The notes beneath the pieces are model-generated. The model saw only the letters and a list, made by a program, of their open reading frames with translations. It did not search any database and was not told the DNA's origin. The position numbers and the translations under genes are program-made. This document shows positions 63,170 through 64,000 of a stretch of 64,000 bases of DNA, piece by piece. The stretch lies in IMG/VR virus record IMGVR_UViG_2895847146_000001, positions 53,959 through 117,958 of that record. The stretch is one strand, 5' to 3'. Source of the DNA: a virus (lineage: Duplodnaviria > Caudoviricetes). Numbering within the stretch: position 1 is the first letter of the stretch; each line of letters starts with the position of its first letter.

Positions 63170-64000
63170 ATGACCCACGTACTAACGACCATCAGCTACG
63201 CCAACGCTCCCGAGTTCGGTGCACAGTATGCCACCATCGAGCAGATCCAGGAAGGCCAGCATGGTATTTTTGTCTACTTCAACGAAGCTAAATACGATGG
63301 TAGCACGAAGGTCTTCAAGCATTGTGTGCGCACCTACGAAGACGGACGCCTAACCAGCGCTCAGGCTATTGAAGACGCCAAATCAGCCCTTCAAAAGCAC
63401 GCTGGTCGCTCAGGCTACTACGGGCCAATGGTGTATACTATCACCAAGCCAGCACAGGTTAAAGTGGTTCAGAAAGACCTCGTGACCGACGAAGCCATTA
63501 CGCTCTTTACTGGCTCGCAGGCTGACTGCATGATCTACTTCCGCCAGCACCTGCAAGACCTCAGCCGCAGCGATGCCCGCAGCAGCGAGTACGCTGCTGA
63601 TCTCGTAGATGGCTCGATTTACACCAGCGTAACCGACGCCTACGGCAATGTGATTGCCCACATTTACAGCGACGAGTCGAGCGAGCCCACGAACCGCTAC
63701 GCTGACCAGCTCGCCAAGAGCCAGCAACTAACCCCCAAAGCCATGTACACTGCCGACGATTTCACCGAAGTAGATAACGGCTATTTCCAGTCAGCCGACG
63801 AGAAATTTGCCATACAGGACAACCTGTGCGAGTACGCTACCGGCCACGCCAAAGACCCCAAAAGCCAGTACGAAAACTACTCGGTATACGTGTCCGACCT
63901 GGGCGACGCATCCGACGAGCGGGCAACCAACCTAACGAGCTTTCAGGCTGCTATTGACTGGATCAACAGCAACTTACACCAAGCCGAGCCGACTATTTAA
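63170..64000 (+). CDS. early hypothetical protein
   Basis: 276-aa ORF after an AT-rich promoter-like region; ends TAA at 64000. Confidence 0.7.
   Translation: MTHVLTTISYANAPEFGAQYATIEQIQEGQHGIFVYFNEAKYDGSTKVFKHCVRTYEDGRLTSAQAIEDAKSALQKHAGRSGYYGPMVYTITKPAQVKVVQKDLVTDEAITLFTGSQADCMIYFRQHLQDLSRSDARSSEYAADLVDGSIYTSVTDAYGNVIAHIYSDESSEPTNRYADQLAKSQQLTPKAMYTADDFTEVDNGYFQSADEKFAIQDNLCEYATGHAKDPKSQYENYSVYVSDLGDASDERATNLTSFQAAIDWINSNLHQAEPTI

Noticed and set aside
1-64000. Alternative genetic code (TAG/TGA recoding)
   Set aside because: Long genes are intact in the standard code, all three stops are used at gene ends, and no suppressor tRNA is evident.

Overview
The window is most of a GC-rich Bacteroidota podovirus genome related to crAss-like/phi38:1-like phages. 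The host is plausibly Hymenobacter-like, inferred from TAnnTTTG -7 promoters, a DUF3127 SSB and GC content. A plus-strand early/replication block (DnaB helicase, SSB, RusA; 1-7096 and 62636-64000) converges on a long minus-strand block. That block holds a tRNA/ncRNA cluster, lysis genes, Ig/FN3/beta-helix tail appendage genes, ejection proteins, dNMP kinase, 5'-nucleotidase, tail stabilisation and ring proteins, major capsid, scaffold, portal, TerL, a GroES-like protein, a Tad1-like anti-defence protein, a DNA methyltransferase and a RepL-like protein. The most striking features not explained by ordinary annotation are: (1) a 27-nt antisense segment in the capsid 3' UTR that is complementary to a hairpin-locked terL leader, a candidate natural toehold switch; (2) an adaptor ending in two half-FN3 domains whose missing halves appear to begin the next two tail genes; (3) a 21-bp palindromic operator present 15 times at 9 promoters; (4) a tRNA-like RNA with a giant variable arm; and (5) a dif-like XerCD site plus iteron-like repeats. 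All protein family calls are from motif recognition by eye, not database searches.
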